This document shows, one piece after another, positions 33,800-44,599 of a stretch of DNA of 64,000 bases. Where the stretch lies: the NCBI GenBank assembly GCA_014653815.1, contig JACWDZ010000004.1, positions 10,393 through 74,392 on the forward strand, written 5' to 3'. Each line of letters starts with the position of its first letter. The first letter of the stretch is position 1. Made by a program: the position numbers and the translations under genes. The DNA comes from Pelagibacterales bacterium SAG-MED29 (GTDB lineage: Bacteria; Pseudomonadota; Alphaproteobacteria; Pelagibacterales; Pelagibacteraceae). The notes under the pieces are model-generated. The model worked only from the letters and a program-made list of their open reading frames with translations, did no database searches and was not told where the DNA came from.

Positions 33800-36370
33800 T
33801 TATTTTTTTCGTCCTTTTTTCTTACTTTTATCGTATTCTCTTCTTTTCTCAATTAAAATTAAAGCATCTTCCATTGTTAGTTCATTGGGATCTTTTTCTT
33901 CAGGAATAGTTGCGTTTAATGATTTGTATTTAATATAAGGTCCAAACTGTCCTTTCATTACTCTAACAGGTTTTTTATCTTCTGGATGTTCACCAAGATC
34001 TTTTATCATTGAAGAAGATATTCGCCCAGGTTTTGCTTCTGCGATCATTGTAATGGCTCGATTAATACCAATCGTAAAAATTTCTTCAACATTTTCTAAT
34101 CTTGCAGATTTATTTTCACATTTTAAGTAAGGACCAAATCTTCCAGAATTTAAAGTTATATCTTTTCCTGTATCTGGATTTTGTCCTAAAACTTTTGGAA
34201 GTGAACAAAGAAATTTTGCTTGCTCTAAATTAACACTATCAACTTCAATTCCTTTAGGGATTGAGACATTTCGAAGATGATCATTTTCTTTTTTTTTCTT
34301 TTTTTTACCTTTTTTTGGAGTCTCTTCAACATTTTCTAATTCTTTTTCGTATTGTAAATAAGGACCAAATCTTCCATTTTTTAAATATATATCTTTACCA
34401 TAATCATTTTGTCCTAATAATTTTGGTTCAGCTAAATTATATTGAGCAGCAGCTTTTGCTTTTGATAGAGGTCTTGTAAATTTACATTCAGGATAATTAG
34501 AGCAACCAATAAACGCTCCTCCTCTAAAACTATTTTTAAGGCTTAATTCACCGTTAGAGCATAATTTGCATTTCCTATCTATGGAATCATTGGAATCCCT
34601 ATCAAATATGAGCGCTCCTAGACTTTCATTTAATAGATCCAATACTTCACGTGTTCTTTTTTCTTTTACTTTTCCAACGTTTTCATAGAAATCTTTCCAA
34701 AAATTATTCAAAACTTCCACCCATTCAATTTTTCCACTGGTTATTTCATCTAGTTGATTTTCTAGATCTGCTGTAAAATTATAATCAACATACCTAGAAA
34801 ACAATTTTTCAAGAAAAGCTGATATCAATTTTCCTCTATCTGTGGGATGAAATCGTTTATTTATTTGTTCTACATAATTTCTAGTTGATAATACTGATAT
34901 AATACTTGCATAAGTTGAAGGTCTTCCAATACCCAATTCTTCCATCTTTTTCACTAAGCTTGCTTCTGAGTATCTAGGCGGCGGATCCGTAAAATGTTGT
35001 TCATCGTTTAATTTAAGTATGCTTATTTCTTCACCAGCCTTAACTTCAGGCAATATATTTTTAGCATCTTCATCTGTTTCTTGAACTTGATAAACTTTTA
35101 AAAATCCTTCAAATTTAATTATAGATCCGCTTGCTCTGAAATTTATATTGTTATCTTTAGATGATATAAGAATAGTATTTCTATCAAATTCTGCAGGATT
35201 CATTTGAGAAGAAAGAGCTCTGCTCCATATTAATTCATAAAGTTTGTATTGATCTGCGTTAACATATTTTTTTATGTCACTTGGTTTTCTTTTAACATCG
35301 GTCGGTCTTATAGCTTCATGAGCTTCTTGTGCGTTTTTTGCTTTTTTTCCAGTGTAGCTATTAGGCTGATCAGGTAAAAATTTATTTCCAAAATCTTTTT
35401 TAATTAAATTTCTAATCTCATCTATAGCTTCTTGAGAAATGTTTGTTCCATCAGTTCTCATGTAGGTAATTAATCCTGTAGTCTCTCCCTCAATATCAAT
35501 TCCTTGATATAATCTTTGAGCTATCTGCATAGTTCTAGACGCTCCAAAACCAAATTTCCCAGAAGCTGTCTGCTGTAATGTCGAAGTAGTGAATGGCGCT
35601 AATGGGTTTCTCTTAAATACTTTTGTATTGACATCTTTTATGATAAATTTTGATTTATTAATTATATTTATAGCTTGATCGATTTCATTTTTATTTTTAA
35701 ATGTAAATCGTTCTATTTTTTTTCCATCATATAAACTTAATTTAGATAAAATATTTTTATTATCTTTATTTGTAAAATCTGAAGTTAAAGTCCAATATTC
35801 TTCTGGTTTAAATAATTCAATTTCTTTTTCTCTTTCTGTTATTAATTTTAATGCGACAGACTGAACTCTTCCTGCTGATTTTGATCCTGGTAATTTGGTC
35901 CAAAGTATTGGAGATATATTAAAACCAACAAGATAATCCAAGGCTCTTCTCGCTAAATAAGCTTCTACTAATGGCAAATGTATTTCTCTAGGATTTTTAA
36001 TTGCTTCCAATATTGCTTTTTTAGTTATTTCATTAAACACCACTCTCTCTAAATCTTTACCTTTAAGTAATTTTTTTGATTCCAAAACTTTTTTTACGTG
36101 CCAAGCAATTGCTTCTCCTTCACGATCTGGGTCAGTAGCTAAGATTATTTTATCAGAGTCTTCAGCAGCATTAGTTATTTCTTTGAGATATTTTTTTGAA
36201 AAAGAGTCAATTTCCCATTGCATTTCAAATTTATTTTCAGGATCAACAGATCCATTCTTGGAAGGTAAATCTCTTATATGTCCATAGCTAGCTAAAACTA
36301 AATAATCTTTTCCTAAATATTTATTAATCGTTTTAGCTTTTGCAGGACTTTCAACTATTACTAAATTCAT
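33800..36370 (-). CDS. topA: DNA topoisomerase I
   Basis: VESPAKAKTI, DPDREGEAI, SAGRVQS, catalytic ITYMRTD; one C4 zinc ribbon plus GRFGPY C-terminal repeats. Confidence 0.98.
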   Translation of the reverse strand: MNLVIVESPAKAKTINKYLGKDYLVLASYGHIRDLPSKNGSVDPENKFEMQWEIDSFSKKYLKEITNAAEDSDKIILATDPDREGEAIAWHVKKVLESKKLLKGKDLERVVFNEITKKAILEAIKNPREIHLPLVEAYLARRALDYLVGFNISPILWTKLPGSKSAGRVQSVALKLITEREKEIELFKPEEYWTLTSDFTNKDNKNILSKLSLYDGKKIERFTFKNKNEIDQAINIINKSKFIIKDVNTKVFKRNPLAPFTTSTLQQTASGKFGFGASRTMQIAQRLYQGIDIEGETTGLITYMRTDGTNISQEAIDEIRNLIKKDFGNKFLPDQPNSYTGKKAKNAQEAHEAIRPTDVKRKPSDIKKYVNADQYKLYELIWSRALSSQMNPAEFDRNTILISSKDNNINFRASGSIIKFEGFLKVYQVQETDEDAKNILPEVKAGEEISILKLNDEQHFTDPPPRYSEASLVKKMEELGIGRPSTYASIISVLSTRNYVEQINKRFHPTDRGKLISAFLEKLFSRYVDYNFTADLENQLDEITSGKIEWVEVLNNFWKDFYENVGKVKEKRTREVLDLLNESLGALIFDRDSNDSIDRKCKLCSNGELSLKNSFRGGAFIGCSNYPECKFTRPLSKAKAAAQYNLAEPKLLGQNDYGKDIYLKNGRFGPYLQYEKELENVEETPKKGKKKKKKENDHLRNVSIPKGIEVDSVNLEQAKFLCSLPKVLGQNPDTGKDITLNSGRFGPYLKCENKSARLENVEEIFTIGINRAITMIAEAKPGRISSSMIKDLGEHPEDKKPVRVMKGQFGPYIKYKSLNATIPEEKDPNELTMEDALILIEKRREYDKSKKKGRKK

Positions 36371-36440
36371 TATTTTATTTTACTTTCAAATAAAATTGAA
36401 TTTGTCAAATTTTATATTAAAAAGTTAGTAAAGACACGAG

Positions 36441-37022
36441 TTATAACTTGATCTTAGTCTCTTTAGAATCTTTCAATCTAACAATATTTTCTCTATGTGT
36501 GTAAAGAATTATTATAAAAATTATAAATAAAAAAACACTGAGCGTAGTGTTATCTAAAATTGTTGAGTAAGCAAAAACTATTAAAGCACTAATCATTGAT
36601 GCTAATGAAGAATATTTAAAAATAAATGATATTATCAACCAAGTTATTCCAAAAATGATTCCAAATTTAAAAGATAAAGCCAATATGATTCCTAAATAAG
36701 TAGCTACACCTTTTCCACCTTTAAATTTTAACCAGACAGGAAATATGTGACCGATAAAACAAATCAATGCTGAAAAATAAATTAAATCATTAAAATATTT
36801 TAAAGTAATTACAACAGAGACATATCCTTTCAAAATATCGAATATAAGTGTAGTAATCGCTAAAGATTTTTTCCCTGTTCGTAAAACATTAGTAGTACCT
36901 ATGTTGCCAGAGCCAACATTTCTAATGTCTTGATTTAAAAAAAATTTAGTTATTATTAAGCCAAATGGTATTGATCCCAGAAAATAAGAGTAAAACAAAA
37001 CTATGATTATTTCTAAATTCAT
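36441..37022 (-). CDS. plsY: Glycerol-3-phosphate acyltransferase PlsY
   Basis: LGSIPFG, GSGNIGTTNVLR, FKGGKGVAT, HRENI. Confidence 0.96.
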   Translation of the reverse strand: MNLEIIIVLFYSYFLGSIPFGLIITKFFLNQDIRNVGSGNIGTTNVLRTGKKSLAITTLIFDILKGYVSVVITLKYFNDLIYFSALICFIGHIFPVWLKFKGGKGVATYLGIILALSFKFGIIFGITWLIISFIFKYSSLASMISALIVFAYSTILDNTTLSVFLFIIFIIILYTHRENIVRLKDSKETKIKL

Positions 37023-38311
37023 TATTGATTAAACACCAGCTCGCCATTTAAGAAAGTCATTAAAATTTTACCTTGTAATTTTCTTCCTTCAATTGCTGTA
37101 TTTTTAGATTTCGATTTTAATTTTTCAGCTTTGACCAGCCAAGGAGCATCAAGATCAAGGACACAAATATCTCCATCCGAACCTTTTGCTAAAGTTCCTT
37201 TATTAATCTGTAAAATTTTTGCAGGATTAATGGTTAATGTTTCAATGATTTTATTTAATGGAAGCGATTCATTGTGATGCATCTCTAAAGCAAGTGGTAG
37301 CAAAGTTTCAATTCCAATAGCTCCTGTTGCTGCTTGTGAAAACGGTAATCTTTTGCTTTCTTCATCTTCAGGAATATGATCCGACACTATCACATCGATT
37401 AAATTTTCTTTTATTCCTTGAACAAGTGATAATCTGTCTTCTTCCAATCTTAAAGGAGGGGATAACTTCAAAAAAGTTTTAAATTCACCGATATCATTTT
37501 CATTTAATGAAAGATTATTAATTGAAACACCAACGCTAAATTTTTTTCCATTACTTTTATTTTTCTTAATAACCTCCAATGATTTCTTAGATGAGATTTG
37601 ATTTATATGATACCTGCAGGGGTATTCACTTAATAAAGAAAGATCTCTTTCAATAATAATTTTTTCTGCTATTTGGGAAACACCTTCAAGGCCTAACCTC
37701 GTAGCTATTTCTCCGTCATTAATACAAGAATTTTTTGATAACTCATAATCTTCAGCGTGTTGCATAATTAAAACTCCAATATCTGAAGCGTAATCCATAA
37801 TTCTTGCCATCAATTCTGTATTTTGCACAGTTTTATTTACATCACTAAATCCAACTATTCCTCTCAAAGATAGTAAACCAAACTCAGTCATTAATTTTCC
37901 TTCGGTTTGTTTTGTGATAGATGCACACGGGAAAAGGTTAACAGCAGCTTTATCCCTTCCTCTTCTTATTATAAAGTCTACCATTGAGACATTATCTATA
38001 ATTGGTTTGGTATTTGGCATTGTTACAATTGAAGTAACGCCTCCAGCTAAAGCGGCCTGACTTAAGGTTCTAAAATTCTCTTTATATTCGTATCCTGGTT
38101 CACCGACAAAAGCTTTCATGTCTACTATCCCCGGTATTAGCACATTTCCTTTAATATCGAATATTTCAGCTGAAGACTCACCATCTGATTTTTTAACATT
38201 TTTACCAATTGCCTTTACTTTACCGTTTTTGTCTAAAATTAAAGAGCCTTTTTCATCCATCTTTTGTGAAGGATCTATAATGCGAGCATTTATAAAAATT
38301 TTTTCTTTCAT
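37022..38311 (-). CDS. pyrC: Dihydroorotase-like protein (probably catalytically inactive PyrC')
   Basis: Amidohydrolase fold (AALAGGVT, MPNT, SDH, SKNT) but the HxH metal motif reads DMKAF; adjacent to pyrB. Confidence 0.85.
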   Translation of the reverse strand: MKEKIFINARIIDPSQKMDEKGSLILDKNGKVKAIGKNVKKSDGESSAEIFDIKGNVLIPGIVDMKAFVGEPGYEYKENFRTLSQAALAGGVTSIVTMPNTKPIIDNVSMVDFIIRRGRDKAAVNLFPCASITKQTEGKLMTEFGLLSLRGIVGFSDVNKTVQNTELMARIMDYASDIGVLIMQHAEDYELSKNSCINDGEIATRLGLEGVSQIAEKIIIERDLSLLSEYPCRYHINQISSKKSLEVIKKNKSNGKKFSVGVSINNLSLNENDIGEFKTFLKLSPPLRLEEDRLSLVQGIKENLIDVIVSDHIPEDEESKRLPFSQAATGAIGIETLLPLALEMHHNESLPLNKIIETLTINPAKILQINKGTLAKGSDGDICVLDLDAPWLVKAEKLKSKSKNTAIEGRKLQGKILMTFLNGELVFNQ

Positions 38312-39256
38312 TTATTTACAATATATTTTTAAGCAAGCCATCCTAACGGCAACTCCTAATTCAACTTGTTCTTTTACTAAACTTACATTTATGTCATCTG
38401 CTAATTTAGTGTCTATTTCTACACCTCTATTCATTGGACCTGGGTGCATGATCAGCGCATCTTTATTTGCGTACTTTAATTTTTCTGGAGTTAAACCAAA
38501 GAATTCGTAATACTCTCTTTTAGACGGAAGAAAAGATCCTTGCATCCTTTCATTTTGTAATCTTAACATCATAACTATATCACTACCATCTAATCCTTTT
38601 TTCATATCAGTAAAAGGTTTTGCGCCTAATCTTTCAATTGATTTTGGCATTAAAGTTTTTGGAGCTATAACATTTACTTCTGCACCCAACATATTCATCA
38701 AGTAGATATTTGATCTTGCTACTCTTGAGTGAAGTATGTCTCCACATATTGTTATCTTAAGTCCTTCAATTTTACCTTTTCTGTTTATAATTGTTAAAGC
38801 ATCTAGCAATGCTTGCGTAGGATGTTCTCGTCTACCATCACCAGCATTAATTACTGCACAATTTACTTTCTGAGATAATAAATTTGGAGCCCCAGAGTCT
38901 TGATGTCTAATAACAATAAGATCAGGATGCATAGCGTTTAATGTCATCGCTGTATCAATAAGAGTTTCACCTTTTTTAAGAGCTGAGTTATTCATATTCA
39001 TAGTCATGACATCAGCGCCTAATCTTTTTCCAGCTAAATCAAATGAGCTTTGTGTTCTAGTAGATGGCTCAAAAAATAAATTAATTTGAGTTTTTCCTCT
39101 TAATACATCTAATTTCTTTGAACTACTTCTGTTTAAGCTTATAAATTCTTTTGCTTCCTTTAAAATTTGTTTGGCTTCTTGAACTGATAGATTTTGTATA
39201 CCCAGAAGATGTTTTGGAGGGTTTTTAATAGCTGAAGTTTTTTTTCTTACTGCCAT
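38312..39256 (-). CDS. pyrB: Aspartate carbamoyltransferase catalytic subunit
   Basis: [24 protein letters not shown]; start moved to ATG 39256. Confidence 0.97.
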   Translation of the reverse strand: MAVRKKTSAIKNPPKHLLGIQNLSVQEAKQILKEAKEFISLNRSSSKKLDVLRGKTQINLFFEPSTRTQSSFDLAGKRLGADVMTMNMNNSALKKGETLIDTAMTLNAMHPDLIVIRHQDSGAPNLLSQKVNCAVINAGDGRREHPTQALLDALTIINRKGKIEGLKITICGDILHSRVARSNIYLMNMLGAEVNVIAPKTLMPKSIERLGAKPFTDMKKGLDGSDIVMMLRLQNERMQGSFLPSKREYYEFFGLTPEKLKYANKDALIMHPGPMNRGVEIDTKLADDINVSLVKEQVELGVAVRMACLKIYCK

Positions 39257-39291
39257 TAAAATCAACTCTATAGGCCTTTTATGATATTAGA

Positions 39292-39756
39292 TCAAGTATT
39301 TTCTTTTGTTAGATAATCCAAGGCTCCTTGCAGGATAAATTGAGCAGAATTTTCATCTAATTTTTTTACTTTTTTACTGGTATTTATTGATAAATCACGT
39401 GATAGATTAAAAGCTCCTTGGCTTGAAAGCCTCTCATCCCATAATGTGATATTTTCAGTAACATCTTTTGATAAGCTAATAGCCAAGTCTTTAGCAGACT
39501 GAGATGATTGACTTGTAGATCCATCCATATTGATTGGATTCCCAATTATAATTCCCTTAATTTGATATTCGTTAATAATTTTTTTTATTTCTTTAATAAA
39601 ATCAGTATAATTATTCTTAATGATAGTGGTATAAGGAGTCGCGACTATTTTATTCTCATCAGAAATCGCTATACCAATACGTTTTCCACCAGGGTCAATA
39701 CCCATTATTCTAGATTTTTTATCCAGTTTCTTCTTAAAATCTTCAATATCCAGCAT
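39292..39756 (-). CDS. ruvX: Holliday junction resolvase-like / pre-16S nuclease RuvX (YqgF)
   Basis: GIDPGGKRIGIAISD, WDERLSS, LDENSAQFILQG; start moved to ATG 39756. Confidence 0.93.
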   Translation of the reverse strand: MLDIEDFKKKLDKKSRIMGIDPGGKRIGIAISDENKIVATPYTTIIKNNYTDFIKEIKKIINEYQIKGIIIGNPINMDGSTSQSSQSAKDLAISLSKDVTENITLWDERLSSQGAFNLSRDLSINTSKKVKKLDENSAQFILQGALDYLTKENT

Positions 39757-39810
39757 GTTTATGTTATGTTTTATGATATTAATTTCCTGTATAATTAACA
39801 TAATTCACAA

Positions 39811-40098
39811 ATGTCTATAGATAAAGATAAAATTAAGCATATCAGTAAATTAGCTAGAATCTCATTAGATGCAAAAAAAACAGACAGTTTGACTAAAGAT
39901 TTATCTTCAATTTTTAAATTTATTGAACAATTAAATGAATTAAATACCGATAAAACAGAACCATTATCTTCAATTTTGAACGAACCATTAAGATCTAGAA
40001 AAGACGTTGTTAATGATGGAAAAATTAGAGAAAAAATATTAGAAAATTCGCCTCAAAAAAATGAAGAATTTTTTGTTGTACCAAAAGTTATTGAATAA
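39811..40098 (+). CDS. gatC: Asp/Glu-tRNA amidotransferase subunit C
   Basis: [22 protein letters not shown]. Confidence 0.96.
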   Translation: MSIDKDKIKHISKLARISLDAKKTDSLTKDLSSIFKFIEQLNELNTDKTEPLSSILNEPLRSRKDVVNDGKIREKILENSPQKNEEFFVVPKVIE

Positions 40099-41558
40099 TG
40101 TCTGAATTAACAAAAAAAAGCTTAACTGAGATAGCGAATTTAATTAAAAAAAAAGAAATTAAATCTGAAGAACTAACTAAATCTTTTATAAAAAATATTG
40201 AGAAAGATAAAAAATTGAACTCTTTAGTTACAAAATGTTCTGAATCAGCTTTAAAGAAAGCTAAAGATTTTGATAAAAAACCAAAATTAGATACTCTTTT
40301 ACCTGGAATTCCTATAGCTGTTAAAGATCTTTTTTGCACAAGCGGAGTAAAAACTACAGCTGGTAGTAAAATGTTAGAGAATTTTATTCCAAACTATGAG
40401 TCGACTATAACAAATAATTTATGGAATGAGGGAGCATTCTTATTAGGAAAATTAAATTGTGACGAATATGCAATGGGATCTTCAAATGAAACAAGCTATT
40501 TTGGAAACGTAATGAATCCAATTGCTGAAAACACTGTTCCTGGAGGATCATCTGGCGGCTCGGCAAGTGCTTTAGCAGCAGATCTAACTCCTGCAACAAT
40601 TGGAACTGATACCGGTGGCTCCATTAGACAACCAGCTTCATTTACAGGGACAGTTGGTTTAAAACCAACTTATGGACTTTGCTCTAGATGGGGCATTGTT
40701 GCGTTTGCATCTTCACTAGATCAAGCTGGCCCAATGACAAGAAACGTAGAAGATTGCGCTTTAATGTTAGAAGCAATGGCAAGTTTTGATGAGAGAGACT
40801 CTACATCCATAAATAAAAAAAAGGAAAATTATTCAAAAAATTTAACCGATAAGATTAAAGGATTAAAAATAGGTATACCCAAAGAATACAGAGTAGAAGG
40901 TATGTCCAAAGAAATAGAAAAACTTTGGGAAAATGGAAAAAAAATATTAAAAGACTCCGGTGCTGAAATCGTTGACATTTCATTGCCTAATACAAAATAT
41001 GCTTTACCGGCTTATTATATAGTTGCCCCTGCCGAAGCCTCTTCAAATTTAGCAAGATATGATGGAGTTAAATATGGTTTTAGATCGAGCAAAGGAAATA
41101 ATTTAATAGAAATGTATGAAAACACTAGATCAGAAGGATTTGGAGACGAAGTTAAGAGAAGAATTTTAATTGGCACTTACGTTCTTTCATCAGGATATTA
41201 CGATGCCTATTATTTAAAAGCTCAAAAAGTAAGACAATTAATTAAAAATGATTTTGACCAAGCATTTAAAAAAGTTGATACTATCTTAACACCATCCACC
41301 CCAAGTTCTGCCTTTAAAATCGGTGAAAAAAAAGATGACCCAATATCAATGTATTTAAATGATATTTTTACTGTTCCAGTTAATTTAGCAGGTATACCTG
41401 CGATCTCAATACCTGCGGGCCACGATAATAATAAATTTCCACTTGGCCTTCAATTAATTGGAAAACCTTTAGACGAACAGAAACTTTTAAACACTGCTTT
41501 TGCAGTCGAAAAGAAAATTAATTTTAAACAAATTCTTAATAGATGGTGGGAAAAATAG
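40098..41558 (+). CDS. gatA: Asp/Glu-tRNA amidotransferase subunit A
   Basis: Amidase signature [21 protein letters not shown]; SSNLARYDG. Confidence 0.98.
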   Translation: MSELTKKSLTEIANLIKKKEIKSEELTKSFIKNIEKDKKLNSLVTKCSESALKKAKDFDKKPKLDTLLPGIPIAVKDLFCTSGVKTTAGSKMLENFIPNYESTITNNLWNEGAFLLGKLNCDEYAMGSSNETSYFGNVMNPIAENTVPGGSSGGSASALAADLTPATIGTDTGGSIRQPASFTGTVGLKPTYGLCSRWGIVAFASSLDQAGPMTRNVEDCALMLEAMASFDERDSTSINKKKENYSKNLTDKIKGLKIGIPKEYRVEGMSKEIEKLWENGKKILKDSGAEIVDISLPNTKYALPAYYIVAPAEASSNLARYDGVKYGFRSSKGNNLIEMYENTRSEGFGDEVKRRILIGTYVLSSGYYDAYYLKAQKVRQLIKNDFDQAFKKVDTILTPSTPSSAFKIGEKKDDPISMYLNDIFTVPVNLAGIPAISIPAGHDNNKFPLGLQLIGKPLDEQKLLNTAFAVEKKINFKQILNRWWEK

Positions 41559-41562
41559 ATTA

Positions 41563-43029
41563 ATGAGTGATAGATCTGAAAAATATTTGATAAATGGAGA
41601 AAAAGATAAGTGGGAAGTAGTAATAGGTCTTGAAGTTCATGCTCAAGTGACCTCAAATTCAAAACTTTTCTCTGGTTCCTCCACAACATTTGGAGCAGAA
41701 CCTAATACTCAAGTAAGCTTAGTCGATTCTGCTTTTCCAGGGATGCTACCTGTGATTAATGAATATTGTGTCCAACAAGCAGTTAAAACAGGATTAGGTT
41801 TAAATGCTAAAATAAATCCTTACTCAGTTTTTGATAGAAAAAACTATTTTTATGCTGACTTACCTCAAGGTTATCAAATTTCACAATATAAAAATCCCAT
41901 AGTAGGTGAAGGTGAAATTACTTTAGATTTACCTAATGGAAGTAAAAAAGTTGGAATAGAAAGACTTCATTTAGAACAAGATGCAGGGAAAAGTATTCAC
42001 GATCTTGATCCGAGCAACACATTTGTTGATCTAAACAGATCTGGAGTTGCTCTTATGGAGATAGTGAGCAAACCCGATTTACGATCACCAGATGAAGTGA
42101 ATGCATATGTTAAAAAATTAAGATCTATTATGAGATACTTAGGTACTTGTGATGGAAATATGCAAGAAGGATCTTTAAGAGCCGATGTAAATGTTTCTGT
42201 TAGAAAAGAAGGTGATACAAAACTTGGAACTAGGTGTGAGATAAAAAATGTAAATTCAATAAAATTTATGCAAATGGCAATTATTTATGAATCTAAAAGA
42301 CAGGTTGAACTTTTAGAGTCTGGTAAATCAATTGATCAAGAAACAAGGTTATTTGATATAAAGAAAAACGAAACTAGATCCATGAGATCTAAGGAAGACG
42401 CTCATGATTATAGATATTTTCCAGATCCAGACTTATTGCCTTTAAACTTAGACAAAAAATTAATTGAAAAAATAAGAAAAGATTTACCTGAGCTACCAGA
42501 TGAAAAGAAAGAAAGATTTATCAAAGAACACTCATTAACACCATACGAGGCGAATGTACTAGTTTCTGAAAAAGAAATATCAAATTATTTTGAAGAAGTG
42601 ATTAAAAGTTCTGATAAAAAACTAACGAAAAATTGGATCATGGGAGATCTTTTTGCTTCTTTAAATGAAAAAAATATTTCTATATCAGAATCGCCAGTAA
42701 CAGCAAAAAAAATGGCAGAATTAATAGACTCAATAAGTTCGGGTGTTATTTCTGGGAGAACAGCCAAAGAAGTTTTTGAGATTATGAAAGAAACAGGCGA
42801 AGATCCAAAAAAAATTATTGAAAGCAAAGGTCTCCAACAAAAGAGTGATCCTAAAGAATTGGAGAAAATTATAGATAAAATTTTATCAGATAATAAGGAT
42901 AAAGCTGAACAGTATAAATCTGGTAAAGATAAATTATTTGGATTTTTTGTAGGTCAAGTAATGAAAGAATCTGGCGGTAAGGCTAACCCTCAATTGGTTA
43001 ATGAGATTCTTAAGAAAAAACTTAAATAA
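41563..43029 (+). CDS. gatB: Asp/Glu-tRNA amidotransferase subunit B
   Basis: [36 protein letters not shown]; start moved to ATG 41563. Confidence 0.98.
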   Translation: MSDRSEKYLINGEKDKWEVVIGLEVHAQVTSNSKLFSGSSTTFGAEPNTQVSLVDSAFPGMLPVINEYCVQQAVKTGLGLNAKINPYSVFDRKNYFYADLPQGYQISQYKNPIVGEGEITLDLPNGSKKVGIERLHLEQDAGKSIHDLDPSNTFVDLNRSGVALMEIVSKPDLRSPDEVNAYVKKLRSIMRYLGTCDGNMQEGSLRADVNVSVRKEGDTKLGTRCEIKNVNSIKFMQMAIIYESKRQVELLESGKSIDQETRLFDIKKNETRSMRSKEDAHDYRYFPDPDLLPLNLDKKLIEKIRKDLPELPDEKKERFIKEHSLTPYEANVLVSEKEISNYFEEVIKSSDKKLTKNWIMGDLFASLNEKNISISESPVTAKKMAELIDSISSGVISGRTAKEVFEIMKETGEDPKKIIESKGLQQKSDPKELEKIIDKILSDNKDKAEQYKSGKDKLFGFFVGQVMKESGGKANPQLVNEILKKKLK

Positions 43030-43035
43030 ACCTAA

Positions 43036-43692
43036 ATGGGCTCCAATCTTAAAATTACTGAGAGTATTGAAAAATATATAGAAGAACATAGTCAATCATT
43101 ACACCCAGTTCAAAAAGAAATTATTTCTTATAACGAAAGCTTAGGTGAAATTAAAAAGATGCAGATTTCTGTATATCAATGCTATTTTTTAGAACTAATT
43201 ACAAAAGTCGCAAACTTTAAAAATATTCTTGAAGTTGGTACATTTACCGGTTTAAGCACATTATCAATGGCTTTAGGTTTGCCCAAGAATGGAAAAATTG
43301 TTGCTTTAGATAAAGATAGCAAAACAAATCAAGCAGCGGTTAATTTTTTTAAAAAAGCTGGTCAAGCAAATAAAATTAAAACTATTATAAAACCTGCTTT
43401 AGAGACATTAAGAGAATTAAAAGACAATAATGAGATTTTTGATTTAGTTTTTATAGATGCTGATAAAGAAAACTACGAAAAATATTATGACTATGCTCTT
43501 CAATTAATAAAGAAAAATGGTTTAATTATAATTGATAATGTTTTATGGCATGGAGAAGTAGCTGATGAAGATAATAATGAAAAATTTACAAAAATTATTA
43601 GAGATTTTAATAACTATGTTAGAAGAGACAAAAGAACTGAACAAATAATTCTCCCTATTGGAGATGGTTTTACAATTTGTAATAAATTATAA
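43036..43692 (+). CDS. Class I SAM-dependent O-methyltransferase (caffeoyl-CoA OMT/TrmR family)
   Basis: LEVGTFTGLS, FDLVFIDADKENY, IDNVLWHG, GDG. Confidence 0.9.
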   Translation: MGSNLKITESIEKYIEEHSQSLHPVQKEIISYNESLGEIKKMQISVYQCYFLELITKVANFKNILEVGTFTGLSTLSMALGLPKNGKIVALDKDSKTNQAAVNFFKKAGQANKIKTIIKPALETLRELKDNNEIFDLVFIDADKENYEKYYDYALQLIKKNGLIIIDNVLWHGEVADEDNNEKFTKIIRDFNNYVRRDKRTEQIILPIGDGFTICNKL

Positions 43693-44594
43693 TGTTTATT
43701 ATTTTAGGTTTTTATAAATTCAAAAATTTAAAGTCATTAAAAAAAAATAAAGTTATTCTTCAAAAACTGTTTATACAAAATAAAATTAGAGGGACTCTTA
43801 TTATTTCAAAAGAAGGACTTAACGGAAGTATATCTGGTAAATCTAAAAGCATTTCATTAATAAGCAAAAAGATTAGAATTTTATTTCGAATTAGAAGTTT
43901 TGATAGTGAAAATTTATCAAAAAGTGAATTTCAACCATTTCATAGACCTAAGATTAAAATAAAAAAGGAAGTTGTGCCAATGGGTTTAAATATATCAACT
44001 AAAAATAAAAAAAATAATCATATTGATCCTTTAAAATGGAATAATCTTATTAAAGAAAAAAATACTTTTATCCTAGACGCAAGAAAACCATTTGAGTATG
44101 AACTAGGTAGCTTTAAGAAAGCTGTTAATCCTAAAGTTAATCATTTCAGAGAGTTTCCTAAATATCTTAATAAATTAGATAAAAGAAATCCAGTTGCAAT
44201 GTTTTGTACTGGTGGAATTCGCTGTGAAAAGGCCTCAGTTTATTTAAATCAAAAAGGATTTCAAAATGTCTTTCAGTTGAAGGGTGGAATTTTAAATTAT
44301 CTAAAAAAGATAAAAAAAAAAGAAAGCATGTGGAAAGGAGAATGTTTTGTTTTTGATAATAGAGTTTCTGTTAAACATAATTTAGCTGTAGGTTCATATT
44401 TCATTTGCAGCGGTTGTAGAAATCCAATTTCTCCAAAAGATAAGAAGTCTAAAAAATATGAGGAAGGTGTTTCGTGTTTTAGATGTTATGACACACTTAC
44501 TAATACTCAGAAAACAAGATTTAGAATGAGACAAAAGCAGATTAACCTTGCTAAACGAGTTGGAAAAAAGCATAAGTTCCAAAAGGAATTTTAA
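43692..44594 (+). CDS. trhO: Rhodanese-domain tRNA U34 hydroxylase TrhO (YceA family)
   Basis: FYKF, EGLNGS, KKEVV, MFCTGGIRCEKAS, LKGGILNY, WKGECFVFDNR. Confidence 0.9.
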   Translation: MFIILGFYKFKNLKSLKKNKVILQKLFIQNKIRGTLIISKEGLNGSISGKSKSISLISKKIRILFRIRSFDSENLSKSEFQPFHRPKIKIKKEVVPMGLNISTKNKKNNHIDPLKWNNLIKEKNTFILDARKPFEYELGSFKKAVNPKVNHFREFPKYLNKLDKRNPVAMFCTGGIRCEKASVYLNQKGFQNVFQLKGGILNYLKKIKKKESMWKGECFVFDNRVSVKHNLAVGSYFICSGCRNPISPKDKKSKKYEEGVSCFRCYDTLTNTQKTRFRMRQKQINLAKRVGKKHKFQKEF

Positions 44595-44599
44595 TATTT

